From positions 1 through 64,000 of the forward strand of contig NIVC01003528.1 of assembly GCA_002269645.1 (NCBI GenBank): a DNA stretch of 64,000 nucleotides, read 5' to 3'. This stretch comes from Macrostomum lignano (lineage: Eukaryota). Positions 35,713 to 46,756 of this stretch are shown here, piece by piece; position 1 is the first letter of the stretch, and each line of letters starts with the position of its first letter. The notes beneath the pieces were generated by a model. That model was not told the DNA's origin and did no database searches. It saw nothing but the letters and a program-made list of their open reading frames with translations. The translations under genes were made by a program, and so were the position numbers.

Positions 35713-37408
35713 TCAAACTCGCTGGTAGACCCGGATGTAATCCACCTGCATAGCCGTCTGGTCGTTGCCCACTCCGCCCCAGGTTCGCTCCCAGACGCCG
35801 CGTTTCTCCCAGAATTCGCGCATCTGAGTTGGCGATCCCTTCGCCCACGGCTTGGCACCGTTGGCTCCGTTGCTGCAGCCGTCCGGGAAGAAGTCGCCAC
35901 CGATGGCCACGTTCAGGATGAGATGGAACGGCTGGTCGAATGGCGCCATCCGGTTGCCGCCGGCCCACAGGTTGTTGCCCTGGAAGTTGCCGAGCTTCCA
36001 GAAGCCGCCAGCGTCTGGCCGGATCGCTCCGATGAACACGTCGTCAACCTTGTAGGCGATGTAGCTGTCTGACCACTCCAGCTCGTACTTGTGGAAGGAC
36101 TCCGTGTAGGGAATGGAATAGTCGTCCTTTGTCCAGGCGGTCAGATCCCAGCGGTTCTGACCCGGGTGAGGTCCCCAGTGCAAAGTGGATCCCATGTGCT
36201 TGTTGCCGATGTGCTTGTTGCCGCAGCTGAAATCGGTGTTGCCGCGAATCTCCACCAGGTCGATCTCGCCAGACATTGGCCAGCCGCCGTATTTCCAGTC
36301 TGTCGGCAGCATCCAGATGGCTGGCCACAGCCAGTCACCCTTGGGCATCTTGGCCGACACCTCCAGACGACCGTAGCGGAAGGAGAAAGACTGGGAGGTG
36401 CGCATCCTGGCTGACTGCATTGGATTCAGGATGTCCACGCCAGCGGAGATCATGCAGCCACCGTCGATGTTCATATCGGGCTGGCAGCCCTGCTCCCAGA
36501 GGTTAAGACTGCCTGAAATGTGCGTTTTTTAAAGCAAGCTCAGTTCCCTCATATAGTTGTTTACGCGTGTTCGTGGTGCGGCATGTTCTAACCGCCAAGG
36601 TCTTCTATAGGTTTTTCTGGTCAAGTAGACTGGTATCATGACCGATACATGACATGATGACCGATCCGCACCCTTGTGTTCGTTATACCTGTGCAGAAAA
36701 GATTTATACATGGAAACGAACGACTCTGCTACTTAAAATGCTCTTGACTTGGTCTTTTGGTTTTGGATGCAGGAGTAGGTTACGCAACGGTCTCAGCACT
36801 GTACAAGCTGTATGCTCGTACGCAGGGGCTTGATAGTCTCATAAACTTGGCTACCTTGCTGGATCAGTGGATTAACCAAAAAGAGAAGCCTTCTCACCTC
36901 TATAAAGAAAGTCGTTGCCGTACTCGCTAGCCGTTGACGATGGCTTGATGTAGAGCTTGCCATTTCGTACGTAGCTATTCTTGCGACTGTTTCTGTAGTA
37001 CTGGAACTCGTGGTTACCGCCGCGCCAGCCGGTGACGAGGTGCTGCCAACGGCGCTCGTCTAGACTGTTGAAGTCCTCCTGAAAGATGAGCTTCTCGTTG
37101 ACGGCACAATTGGCCGGGCCGGCGATCCGGTAGCGATTGTTCTCCGGCTTGCTGTTGCCGCTCTTTAGCCAGCAGGTGAGGCGGCACTGCGGACAGTTCT
37201 GGTCAGTTGGCGGCGACCAGGAGAAGAACCTGCAGCCGGGCCTGAGCTGGCAGTGTCGCTGACAGGCCTCGGCCGAGGCCACTCCAGTGATGGTGCCGGA
37301 GTTCAAGTCGTCGCCGGTGTAGTCAAGTCCGTACTCGAGACAGACCCGATGGCCTTCGGCAGCTCCGAAGGCGACTAGAGCTAGAATAGCTAGGATGCGA
37401 GCTGGCAT
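35713..37408 (-). CDS. Secreted GH16 beta-1,3-glucanase/glucan-binding protein with N-terminal PAN/apple domain, about 436 aa, 2 exons
   Basis: complement(join(35713-36512,36898-37408)). Signal peptide MPARILAILALVAFGAAEG, then a PAN domain (CLEYGLDYTGDDL...CQRHC...CWLKSG), then GH16 (LIFQEDFNSLD, FRYGRLEVSAKMPKGDWLWPAIWMLP, catalytic SGEIDLVE, FDQPFHLILNVAIGG, MQVDYIRVYQ). Confidence 0.95.
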
Positions 37409-38065
37409 GGTTCTGCTGTTGCTGCCGAATACAGCAGTCTGTGCCGGATTGTGGCTTACCTTTATACCTTTTCTCAGGGTCGGCAGGTGGGGTTGGAGGG
37501 CAAAGTTTGAGTAAGACGTTGCTCCAACGCAATTGATAAGCAGGTGGTTCTCGCAGGTTGTTTTTTCCCAGGTGTCAGGGCGGACGGTTTTTGGTAATAA
37601 TGTCACGTTGTAAAATAAATACTGCATTGCATTGCATTCCTGCCCTGATTTGCCAATCGCCCAGCTATGGGGCCACTCGGTTCGGTTAGCAAGCACCTGA
37701 AGTGAGTACTATGCCATTGCTTAGCGGTGTTTTCCTTTGTTCAGTCCTAGATTAGCTTGGGAAAATTCTTGTATCGAAGGGGTGTGCTGCAAGGGCAGTC
37801 TTATCTGTGCCGTTTGAAATATGGCCTGCTATTGCGTTTTCCAGAAAATATCTTTTAAAAATGGGCGTGTATTACTGGGTGTGTATTGCGACTGGGCGTG
37901 TACTACTGCACTTTTTCTACAACCTTAACCGAGATTTGTTAACGAAAAAACCCAGAAAATCTTTGAAGAGAAATCACGCGATCCAGTCTTGTTTGCGAAT
38001 TTCTGTAAAATTTTAGTGCAGAAGCATCTCATTCGTTTAATCTTAGGTAAAAAGCTCTGCAATTA

Positions 38066-38255
38066 GTTGGTTACTACTACTACTGCTGCTAATACTAATA
38101 CTACTATTACTACTACTATCGCTGCCAGAATAATAATACTACTACTACTAATACCACTACTACTAATACTACTGCTAATACTAATACTACTACTAATACT
38201 ACTGCTAATACTAATACTACTACTAATACTACTGCTAATACTAATACTACTACTA

Positions 38256-38310
<55 letters not shown>

Positions 38311-38335
38311 CACTACTACTACTACTGCTGCTAGT
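38066..38335. repeat. (TAC)n-type trinucleotide microsatellite
   Basis: Direct reading. Confidence 0.97.
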
Positions 38336-38369
38336 CATAATGACCTCGAATTTCTCTATAACCCGTCAG

Positions 38370-41300
38370 ATCGGTAATTCGCCGCTGCAAACTCGGCGAA
38401 AGCGACTTCGCACTGGTGGAAGGCGAGCGGCTTGTCACTTCTGTGGCCAAACTGAGCCGGTCGCCGCCCAGCTACCTGCTGTCCACCTGTCCCCACCTGC
38501 TCGCCCGTCTGCGCGATCGCTGCCGGGCCGGTCACCGAGGCCAAATCGGCGACTGCGTCCTCGTCACCGACCGCCTGATGTCTCAGCTAGCCGACGCTGC
38601 CACTCCGCAGGCCTGCCTAGCCGTGTTCCCCAAGCCCGACCCGACCAAGGCTGCCGAGATTCGACAGCGTCGACTCGACGCGGTGACCTCCGGTGGACTT
38701 CGACTCGACTATTCGGTGCTGTGCTGGCGAGTGTCCGATCCGGCTAATGTTGGCGGCATCGCTAGGCTCAGCTGGTGCTTGGGGGCCAGGTGAGACTTGG
38801 GTAGAGTTGGCGCTTTTTTTCTTAGAATTGGCGCTTTTGTGTTTCTTAGAATAGGTCACATTTGTGTTTCTTAGAATAGTTCACATTTGTGTTTCTAAGA
38901 ATTAGCGCCTTTGTGTTTCTTAAAATTAGCACTTGTGTTTCTTAGAATTTGCACCTTTGTGTTTCTGAGAATTGGCACCTTTGTGATTCATAAAATTTGT
39001 ACCTTGGTGTTTCTGAGGATTGACATTTTTGTGTTTCTAAGAATTGGCGCGTTTTGTGTTTCCTAAAATTGGCATTTTTTCTTTCTTAGAATGGTCACCT
39101 TTGTGTTTCTTGGAATAGAAAATAGCACCTTGACTTTATCAGACACTGCACCTTTTCTGTATTAGAAATTTCACCTTGCCATACCATACTTCGGGTGTGT
39201 CATAAGTAATGTCACTGATGTGAAAACAGACGAACTTGCAATCGCAGATGAAGAAAACTGTACCACTCAACAACATAGAGTCCCCCAATATCAATCACCC
39301 TCTGGCAGTGCTCATACAGCTTGTCCACCTCAGCCTGCAGGTGTTTTTCCTCCAACTGCCATAACCAGTGCAACGCGGCCTGTTTTACCTCTTCATGGTT
39401 TGCGAAACTCTTCTTGGAAAAGTCAGCCTTCAGCCATTTGAACAGGAATCTCTTGCACAAGTTGAAGTCCGGGCTGTAGGGACTGTCAGAGCATATTCAC
39501 TCGCCATGCAGGCAGAAAATTCGAAAAAGCCGTACAGGTGTGCGGCCGTGCGGTGTCCATCTGCCACAGAACCTCGTCCAGGTGACATGGATTTGACCGG
39601 AGATTGCGCCAGAGGTCTCCAGTGTGCCGGATAAAGTCGATAAAATACTGGCCATCGACTTTGGTGTTCGGTGGAGTTGTGCAGATGGAGACTCGTTCAT
39701 TTGGCGTGAAGGCTACCAGCAGCATGGTCTTCTTGTCCAAGATGGACTTCCTAGTCACAGTCGCCCTGGAGTCCCCAGCTCCCAGCCAGCAGCGATTGTC
39801 TGCCTTGCTGCCCTTGCCATCCAGGTGGAGCCAGCTTTCATCCTCAGCAACCAGGCAGTTTAGGATGTCATTCAAGCCCCGCCTGCTGAACACCTTGCGG
39901 ATCTGCTTGATGCAGGCGTCTTGTCGAGATTCATGGTGATTTTTGTTCGCTGCATAGACGATTTTTCATCGCGTTGCACTTGCTAAATCTGCTTGGCGTA
40001 TTCTTGCGATAGCTTGGGCCATAAACAACCTGAGCACGTCTCAAATGCACTGGTATTGCTTCACTAAGTATACTTTGCAGCTACGCTACCCACAAGTCCA
40101 TGTGCCTACATATTTTAGACAGAAGCCTGCAGTGACATTACTTATGACACACCCGAAGTAGAATTTACTCGTAAATACTTTTTAGACCATGTCGGCCGAA
40201 ATTTGGTAAACTTGCCTTGGCCGCGTCTTGCCCTAGTCTATGGGCCATAGACTGCAAAAGACCATGAATAATTCATCCATGGTTAAGACTCCGTGGGTCG
40301 AAGGCTCAAGGGGTTTACGAAAAATACACCCGCATCTCTATGCTGCATCTCTCTTAAATTTCTGCGTTTGTAGCGATAAAACTACAAACCCGCAAATTTA
40401 TACGTTAAGGATAAGTGCGATTTCCGGGGTGTCAGTAGTTTTGCGGGTTATGCTATGAAGTTATGTGAAGGATTTAGAATAGAAATATTAGGGTCGTGGG
40501 GCCAGAGCCCCTACAATCTTCACCATAGGCAATTTTCATCATCAAGGAGATCATTGCTCGATTCATTGATTCCTTGGCTCCTCAGCTTAAACACAATACG
40601 ATTTGATTTGCCTAACGATACAACTGCTGGTCCTTAGATCCCTCGGTAGGTTTTTTCGAAAAAATACACTACGGAGCTCGGAAGTGTTCATTTTTCATGG
40701 AGAATGATAACAGCATATCAAAAGATGAACACAAGGTCTGCCTCCTATCGAAAGCAATAACAATTTTTATGCTGAAAGATAAAAACTTCCTAGTATCTGC
40801 CGTAGTGTATTTTTCGGAAAGACCTGCCTCCTAAAATATTCTAAGAAACGAGGTTTTTCCGTCTTTCTACTTGAGTAGTCTTTGTATCAAATATTTGTAC
40901 CAACACGTGGATACAGTTTCGCTAACCTGCACACGCCGCAGGCGCCTCCTGATGACCCCGGGCAGCGCCAATCCATGGCTGCCCAAAGCCATCCGCGCCG
41001 GCGCTGGCGCCCATTTCGACCTGCCAATCGTGTCGAACTGCGCAGAGTTCTCCGACGCCTCGCAGCTGTTGTCGGCATTCAGCCGGATTCTGGTCGCTTG
41101 CTCGGCCAGACCCAAGGACTCGCTGTTGCTGACCGGGAGCCGTGAGCTTGCCGATACGCTCCGACAGGATGCCGGCTCGTCCATCTGCCTGTTGCTTGGC
41201 TCAGAAGCCAACGGGCTGCCCGACGAGCTGATGAAGAGTCTAAATGAGGCTGCACCCGAACGGGTCACAATGCTGCACGTGCCAATGTCCGATTACAGGC

Positions 41301-41437
41301 AGACTGCCTCGCTGAATGTGGCTGCCGCTGCTGGCATTGTGCTGCACAGGCTGTATAGTCTGGCTGCCGGTGGCGACCTGCTGGACCCTGTTGCTGATGC
41401 TGCAGCTGACAGACTGAGCAGTGCTGGAGGTCGCTAG
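38370..41437 (+). CDS. MRM3: SpoU/TrmH-family RNA 2'-O-methyltransferase, MRM3/RNMTL1-like; first coding exon not located
   Basis: Exons 38370-38789 and 40942-41437 splice in frame (LGAR/RLLMTPGSANPWLPKAIRAGAGAHF). SPOUT motifs DPANVGGIAR, LLLGSEANGL, VPMS...SLNVAAAAGIVL. CTAAC branch point at 40922. Orthology to MRM3 is inferred. Confidence 0.82.
38815..39110. repeat. About 24-bp degenerate minisatellite (RNA methyltransferase intron)
   Basis: Unit approximately TTTGTGTTTCTTAGAATTGGCACC. Confidence 0.9.
39189..40158 (-). mobile_element. Internally deleted mariner (DD34D-type) transposon, 970 bp, in the RNA methyltransferase intron
   Basis: Perfect 29-bp TIRs CTTCGGGTGTGTCATAAGTAATGTCACTG with TA target duplication on both sides. 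Transposase remnant LVAEDESW...WQMDTARPH...SPYSPDFNLC(K)RFLF has a stop, a frameshift, third Asp replaced by Lys and most of the N-terminal DNA-binding region missing. Confidence 0.95.
40645..40830. mobile_element. Short copy of the foldback MITE family
   Basis: Inverted ends AGGTTTTTTCGAAAAAATACACTACGG / CCGTAGTGTATTTTTCGGAAAGACCT; internal CATATCAAAAGATGAACA...TCTGCCTCCTATCGAAAGC matches 2230-2275. Confidence 0.7.
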
Positions 41438-41439
41438 CT

Positions 41440-41552
41440 GCCGGTCCTTAGATCCCCCCAATGCTGGTCCTTAGATCCCCTAACTGCCAGTCCTTAGATC
41501 CCAACTCCCGGTCCTCAGATCCCCCAAATGCCGGTCCTTAGATCCCCCAAAT
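41440..41552. repeat. About 22-bp repeat just after the RNA methyltransferase stop
   Basis: GCCGGTCCTTAGATCCCCCAAAT, five copies; one further copy at about 40625. Confidence 0.85.
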
Positions 41553-41653
41553 GTAAACATCGCTGAGCATTTATGCAACTATGAGTAGTTCGCATTTATT
41601 TGTTCTCAAATAACCATGGTTAAGACTCATCCAATCATGTTACAGTGTTCTCA

Positions 41654-41659
41654 AATAAA
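41654..41659 (+). terminator. Candidate polyadenylation signal of the RNA methyltransferase gene
   Basis: First AATAAA after the stop at 41437. Confidence 0.55.
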
Positions 41660-42005
41660 TTTGAAAATGCCAGCTGTAGAAATTCTGTTTCTGTTGATAG
41701 CAGGATCTATTATTTTGGTTCAAAAAACTCATATTTTCCAAGACCTTTTTTATTAGTTACTAATAGTAAAAATGCACCAAACTCTCCAGTCTCTTGAGCA
41801 GTGCTTAAACCGTGCTCATGGGGGGGAGAGCTGCTCAGCAACAAAAACGTCTGACTCTCTCGCAACACGAAGACCCTTGGTTTGATTCCATGGTGTGCAC
41901 AAAAATTGGCCTGAGGGTTGTCTTGCGATTCACAGACCATGAGACCCAGACCCCCCAAGGCCTCTTGCAAATTATGATTATCAATTCCGCTCCCATATTT
42001 TGCAG

Positions 42006-43533
42006 GCGGAGAATCTCATCAACCTGGAGTTCCTCAGACCAGGCCGGCAGGCTATTCGACTGAAAATTCCCAGTGATCCCCTCAATCAGCTGGGTGCCCG
42101 GCTGTGGCCGAGCTCTCTGAAACTGAGCTGCCTGTTGATGCGGCAGCTGCAGCCTCATCAGGATGAGCAGCTGGGCACCTGTCTTGAGCTTGGCTGCGGT
42201 TGTGGCCTGGCTGGCGCCATGGCGCTGGCGCTTGGCGCCCGCCGTGTTACATTTACGGACTCGTCGCCGAAAGTGCTCAACAGGTGCGCTAAGCAGTGCC
42301 GTCTAAATGGATTCTCAATGAGTGCAGCTTCCAGTAGCTTTGCTGAGCCCGACTTAAAGAGATTCAGGGTAAGGAGCGTTAGAGAAGTTGATTGTTGCTT
42401 TCACAAGCTCGAAATTTCAAGCTGGTGACTAAATTTTAAGTTTAGAGTTTGTGAATCTTCGAGTTTGTGAAGCTTCGAGTTTGTGAATCTTCGAGTTCGT
42501 GAAGCTTCGTTTTTTTATACTTTCGAGTTTGTAAAACCCTTAAGTTTGTGGATTCTCAAGTTTGTGAATCCTCGAGTTTTTGAATCTTCGATTTTGTGAA
42601 TCTTCGAGTTTGTGAAGCTTTGAGTTCGTGAAGCTTCTTTTTGTATATTTTCGAGTTTGTAAATCGTCAAGTTTGTGAAGCTTCGAGTGTGTGAATCCTC
42701 TAGTTTGTGAATCCTCTAGTTTGTGAATCCTCTAGTTTGTGAATCCTCTAGTTTGTGAATCCTCGAGTTTGTGAAGCTTCGAGTTTGTGAATCCTGATCG
42801 AGTTTGTGAATCCTCTAGTTTGTGAATCCTCTAGTTTGTGAATCCTCTAGTTTGTGAATCCTCTAGTTTGTGAATCCTCTAGTTTGTGAATCCTCCAGTT
42901 TGTGAAGCTTCGAGTTTGTGAATCCTGATCGAGTTTGTGAATCCTCTAGTTTGTGAATCCTTAAGTTTGTGAATCCTCCAGTTTGTGAATCCTCGAGTTT
43001 TGTGAATCCTCTAGTTTGTGAATCCTCGAGTTTTGTGAATCCTCTAGTTTGTGAATGTTCCAGTTTGCTTATATAAAGTCGAACCTACGAGACTCCCCCC
43101 TTCATTGGAGCGACAGGCTTCCGTTGGCGAGTTTGACTGTCGCCAGCTCTGCTGGGGCAGCCTTGACCAGCTGCTGCAGGGCCTGGCAGACGGCTGGCTC
43201 GCCCAACCGCTGGACCTGATCCTCGCGTCCGACTGTCTGTACGATCCAGCTGTGTTCGACTCGTTCTTCGCCACTCTGTCCGGCCTGTTCCGACTGGCCA
43301 GTCCGGTTCGTCTGGGCTGTCTGATGTCCGCGCACAACAGGAATCCGGATTGGGGATTTGCGAGACTGCTGGCTCGGTATGGGCTTAGGGCGACGCCGCT
43401 GACTCTTGACGATGCAGACTCTGTCGAGGCCTGCATCTCTGCGGACTGTTTGGCCTCGCTGCCAGCTGACTTTGCCAGCTGCCTGCTGGAAGATGAAACT
43501 GTGCAGCTGTTCAGAGTGACGCCCGAGCTTTAG
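42006..43533 (+). CDS. Class I SAM-dependent protein methyltransferase, Methyltransf_16 family (METTL23-like); start exon uncertain
   Basis: Exons 42006-42368 and 43117-43533, phase 0. Motifs LGARLWPSS, CLELGCGCGLAG, VTFTDS, LCWG, DLILASDCLY. A candidate first exon 41818-41892 (weak GTGTGC donor) would supply the ATG. Confidence 0.85.
42410..43055. repeat. 16-bp minisatellite related to the 28310-31600 satellite (METTL23-like intron)
   Basis: Units GTTTGTGAAGCTTCGA and GTTTGTGAATCCTCTA. Confidence 0.95.
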
Positions 43534-43812
43534 GCGAATCGTGTGGGTTTTTTCGAGACCAATCGTATTTGCATTTCAACTCAAATTCAAGGAAAGTGAA
43601 GAAGTCCAGTTTCTGTCTTCAGAGCACAAAACACCTGTATTCTGGCGCATTGCCTGTATTCAATATTTTTATTAAAATTTCCTTTCTTTAAACTGGTAAA
43701 TTCCAATGCCCCAATTGTACTGCCTTAATTCTTTAAACGCCACGATATAATAAGCTTTTGTGATTGACGCACCGAGTCGTCAGCAGCGTAATGGAATTCC
43801 ATTGTCGATTGA

Positions 43813-44261
43813 CCCTTTTATGTAGATAAGAAATTTGTACAACCAGACCGTTAATTAGGCTAAGCTTGCGGTTCTCATCTTAATTCAATTTCACATTGCG
43901 GGGTCAAGGGGCGGAGAACCCACTCTATTCTTCTATCAGCCTGTATCAGTTGGACTCTTTTTTATAGCTTCCTTATTATCTAACTTGTTTGCGCCCTTAG
44001 TTTACTTAATTGCACGATTAAGTTGTAGATTAAATTCTTATCTTTTCTCATCTCTCGAATCTCGCAATAGTTATCTAAGTTAACCATGTTTGTTATCGGC
44101 AAGCCTTGCGTTGCCCATTTATCAATCTCAATTATCTCAACAAGCCCCCACACACCCCAAAGGGCCTCTCCGCCCCCTAATTGACCCGAAAAGATGAGAA
44201 CCATAAAAGCTTATCCAAATTTACGGTCTGGTTGTACAAATTTATTATCTACATAAAAGGT
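43813..44261. mobile_element. piggyBac-like MITE, 449 bp
   Basis: About 55-bp TIRs starting CCCTTTTATGTAGATAA.AAATTTGTACAACCAGACCGT. Flanks TTGA and TTCA are each one change from TTAA. Confidence 0.7.
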
Positions 44262-44359
44262 TCAATCAACAATGTTATAATAATATAACTATGATTACAT
44301 TCGCGTCAAATACTAGTGTTGAATAATGACTAAAGGCGGGCACGCTTGCGTATAGTATA

Positions 44360-45351
44360 TAGCATTTCCCGGTCAATAGCGCGGTACATATAGTCAGTTT
44401 CTAGATTCCTAAAATCGTGTTCGCAGAATTTTTCTGTCCATCATCAGTCGTGAAAAAAGTGCAAACAGTTTCGCACATTTGTCAGCACTATCGATTTATC
44501 ATATTTCGATTTCTCCTCGTCCACTTGAAACCAATTAGCTTCACATCGTATCAATACAGTGCAGTCGATACCGTGTTCAGCAATCTTGTTCGCACATGTG
44601 GAAGTCATTATCGGGTCTAGCAATCAGTTTAGTTATTATATGATGCAATCCATACCTTAAAACTCAACGACTACTAGTGCTGGCATGCTGTACTCAAAAT
44701 TGGGTTGGATTCAATGGACTTAGCGCTTTCTGTGATCTATTTAACTCGCACCTCAAAATCGCTGTGTTACTCCATCTATAGTCACCCAGCTGCTTTATTT
44801 TGCACTGAAAATTTACTCGAGATTCAATATGGCTGAGCAAGTCCGTAGAATTTTCTAGAAAATTCTAGAAAATCGTAGAAAATTGCGAGTTGTATAAGCC
44901 CCTTCAACAGAGGTATTATACCCATTTCCATGTCTATGTATTTGCTAGAGCAGCAGGCAGCAGCTAGTAAGAAAGGGCAGCGCACGCGCAGGCGCTGCGC
45001 CTGTGCGCGCGCTGCGCTTTAGAAAAATTTCAAAAGTGCGCCGGACACCGTCCGCGGTTTTACAACTTTTTCCTATAGGGCTGACAGGCAGGCCGATCGT
45101 CAACGGATAATTAATAATTCATTGAACTTTATCTGATATTGTTGGTGTGATTTTACGTTATGTTATCCAGAAAGTTGAAATTTATGAAAATAAATTGAAA
45201 ATGATGAAGGAACATGGCTCCTTCATCATTTTATATGCTAGACTCGATCATTCTGCTCGACTCGATAGACTCGACAGAAAAATTCTGCGAGCCATGATTG
45301 TAGGAATCTGAAACTGACTATATGTACCGCGCTATTGACCGGGAAATGCTA
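44360..45351. mobile_element. About 1-kb non-autonomous TIR element (TAG...CTA termini, TATA flanks; Academ-like by ends only)
   Basis: About 55-bp near-perfect TIRs TAGCATTTCCCGGTCAATAGCGCGGTACATATAGTCAGTTTC; TATA on both sides; internal GC-rich hairpin at about 44978-45015. Confidence 0.8.
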
Positions 45352-45631
45352 TATAAACCCTGGCCTACCCCTGTAACAAAGCGTGTCACTGTTAATAATC
45401 GCCTGTTCATATTTTATATGACGTCATTCTTTCTTAATTCATTTATGGATTAGGACTTTTAATGTTTCATTAGCGCAAAGTTTCGGCTACTTTGATTGAA
45501 CCATATGATGATGATCCAACGTGCAAGACAGAGACGCGGCACGCTAACACTTGACTTTATAGTTGATATCGCGTGCAACTGCGTGCAACGTGCAACTCCG
45601 TGCAACTGCGTGTATTTATACACTATTAGTG

Positions 45632-45639
45632 TATAAATA
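45632..45639 (+). promoter_or_regulatory. TATA box of PAN gene copy 1
   Basis: TATAAATA 66 nt upstream of the ATG; the same 8-mer lies 65 nt upstream of the copy 2 ATG. Confidence 0.7.
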
Positions 45640-45697
45640 CGGCCTTCAAATTGCCCTTCAAGCCAATAACTCCTTAACTCAATCAAGCCTACTCAAG

Positions 45698-46537
45698 ATG
45701 AACAACAGCTCAACTCAAAGCAAGCGTCGGTCGTTGAGGTTTCTCCTACCGAAATCGGTAGCAGTGCTCTTGGCCGCTCTGTCCCTGCTCAGCCCATTCG
45801 CTTCGGCCTCTTCCTGCAGGGTCGCTGATGTCGAGTTCAAAGGCGAGGAGTTGCCTTTCGGAAGACTGATGGCTGGCAGTGCTGCGGAGTGCCAGCTCAA
45901 ATGCCGGTCAATCAGCCGCTGCAAGTTCTACACTTTTACACCTGACAAAGAGCGGTCGAGTTGGAGTTTGTGCTCGATCAGGTCCGGCGACTACACGGCT
46001 ACTTACAAGAAGAATTCGATCTCGGGACTACCGAATTGTCCTGGCACCTGCATTGAGGCTGGCGTGGACTACTACGGCTCTGACCTGCCGGACGGTCTCG
46101 TGAAGGACGTGCCCAGTTCTGACGTCTGCCAGAAGCTGTGCCAGCAGCGGATCGACTGCGAATTCTTTGCTTACGCCACACAAAGCGACTCGAACTGCCG
46201 GCGCTGCTACCGCAACTGCTGGCTGAAGTCTGGCGGCTACAGCCGCACTGAGAACAGAAACCGGATCTCTGGACCAGCCCGCTGCAAGGACTGCATTGAG
46301 ACTGGCGTGGACTACTACGGCTCTGACTTGCCCGACGGTCTCGTGAAGGACATCGCCAGCGCCAAGGACTGCCAGTCGCTGTGCGCCAATCGCAAGGACT
46401 GCCAGTTCTTCACCTGGGCTCCCGACAATGACAAGGGGTGCAAAACCTGCAGGGGCAACTGCTGGCTGAAGTCTGGCAACTACCGACGGGTCGTCAATTC
46501 CAACAGAGTCTCCGGGCCCGCCGTTTGCAACTTTTGA
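45698..46537 (+). CDS. Secreted triple PAN/apple-domain protein, copy 1 (279 aa, intronless)
   Basis: ATG 45698 lies 66 nt after the TATAAATA at 45632. Hydrophobic signal VAVLLAALSLLSPFASA, three Cys-rich PAN repeats (C.E.GVDYYGSDL...CQ.LC...C.FF...CWLKSG...SGP..C). AATAAA near 46619. Confidence 0.93.
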   Translation: MNNSSTQSKRRSLRFLLPKSVAVLLAALSLLSPFASASSCRVADVEFKGEELPFGRLMAGSAAECQLKCRSISRCKFYTFTPDKERSSWSLCSIRSGDYTATYKKNSISGLPNCPGTCIEAGVDYYGSDLPDGLVKDVPSSDVCQKLCQQRIDCEFFAYATQSDSNCRRCYRNCWLKSGGYSRTENRNRISGPARCKDCIETGVDYYGSDLPDGLVKDIASAKDCQSLCANRKDCQFFTWAPDNDKGCKTCRGNCWLKSGNYRRVVNSNRVSGPAVCNF

Positions 46538-46756
46538 CCTTTTGACCTGAGACTGCGAGTTTTAGCTGCCGGTCACTTGGCCTCAAACTATTCCGCACTG
46601 TTTTAGCTGTCTTGAATTAAATAAACTGTTTTAAGTTTTAAATCGTTCATTAAATAAACACAAATCGCTCCCTCTGCGCTTGTTGGTCGATATTCGCAAC
46701 CGTCTGGATACGGACATTTAAGCAACTGTGCATTTATGCTGATTCAATTATCTATA

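Noticed and set aside
35660-36506. Antisense and alternate-frame ORFs over GH16, PAN, SPT16, catenin and DCTN1 exons
   Set aside because: Expected shadows of GC-rich coding sequence with no independent motifs.
37409-37696. N-terminal extensions of ORFs 36872-37696, 45563-46537 and 51418-52269
   Set aside because: They start at non-ATG codons upstream of TATA boxes or the first ATG; the ATGs at 37408, 45698 and 51451 directly precede signal peptides.
41437-42006. Single fused SPOUT plus class I methyltransferase protein
   Set aside because: The SPOUT ORF ends at a clear stop after its last motif and is followed by AATAAA; no convincing in-frame donor links it to 42006.
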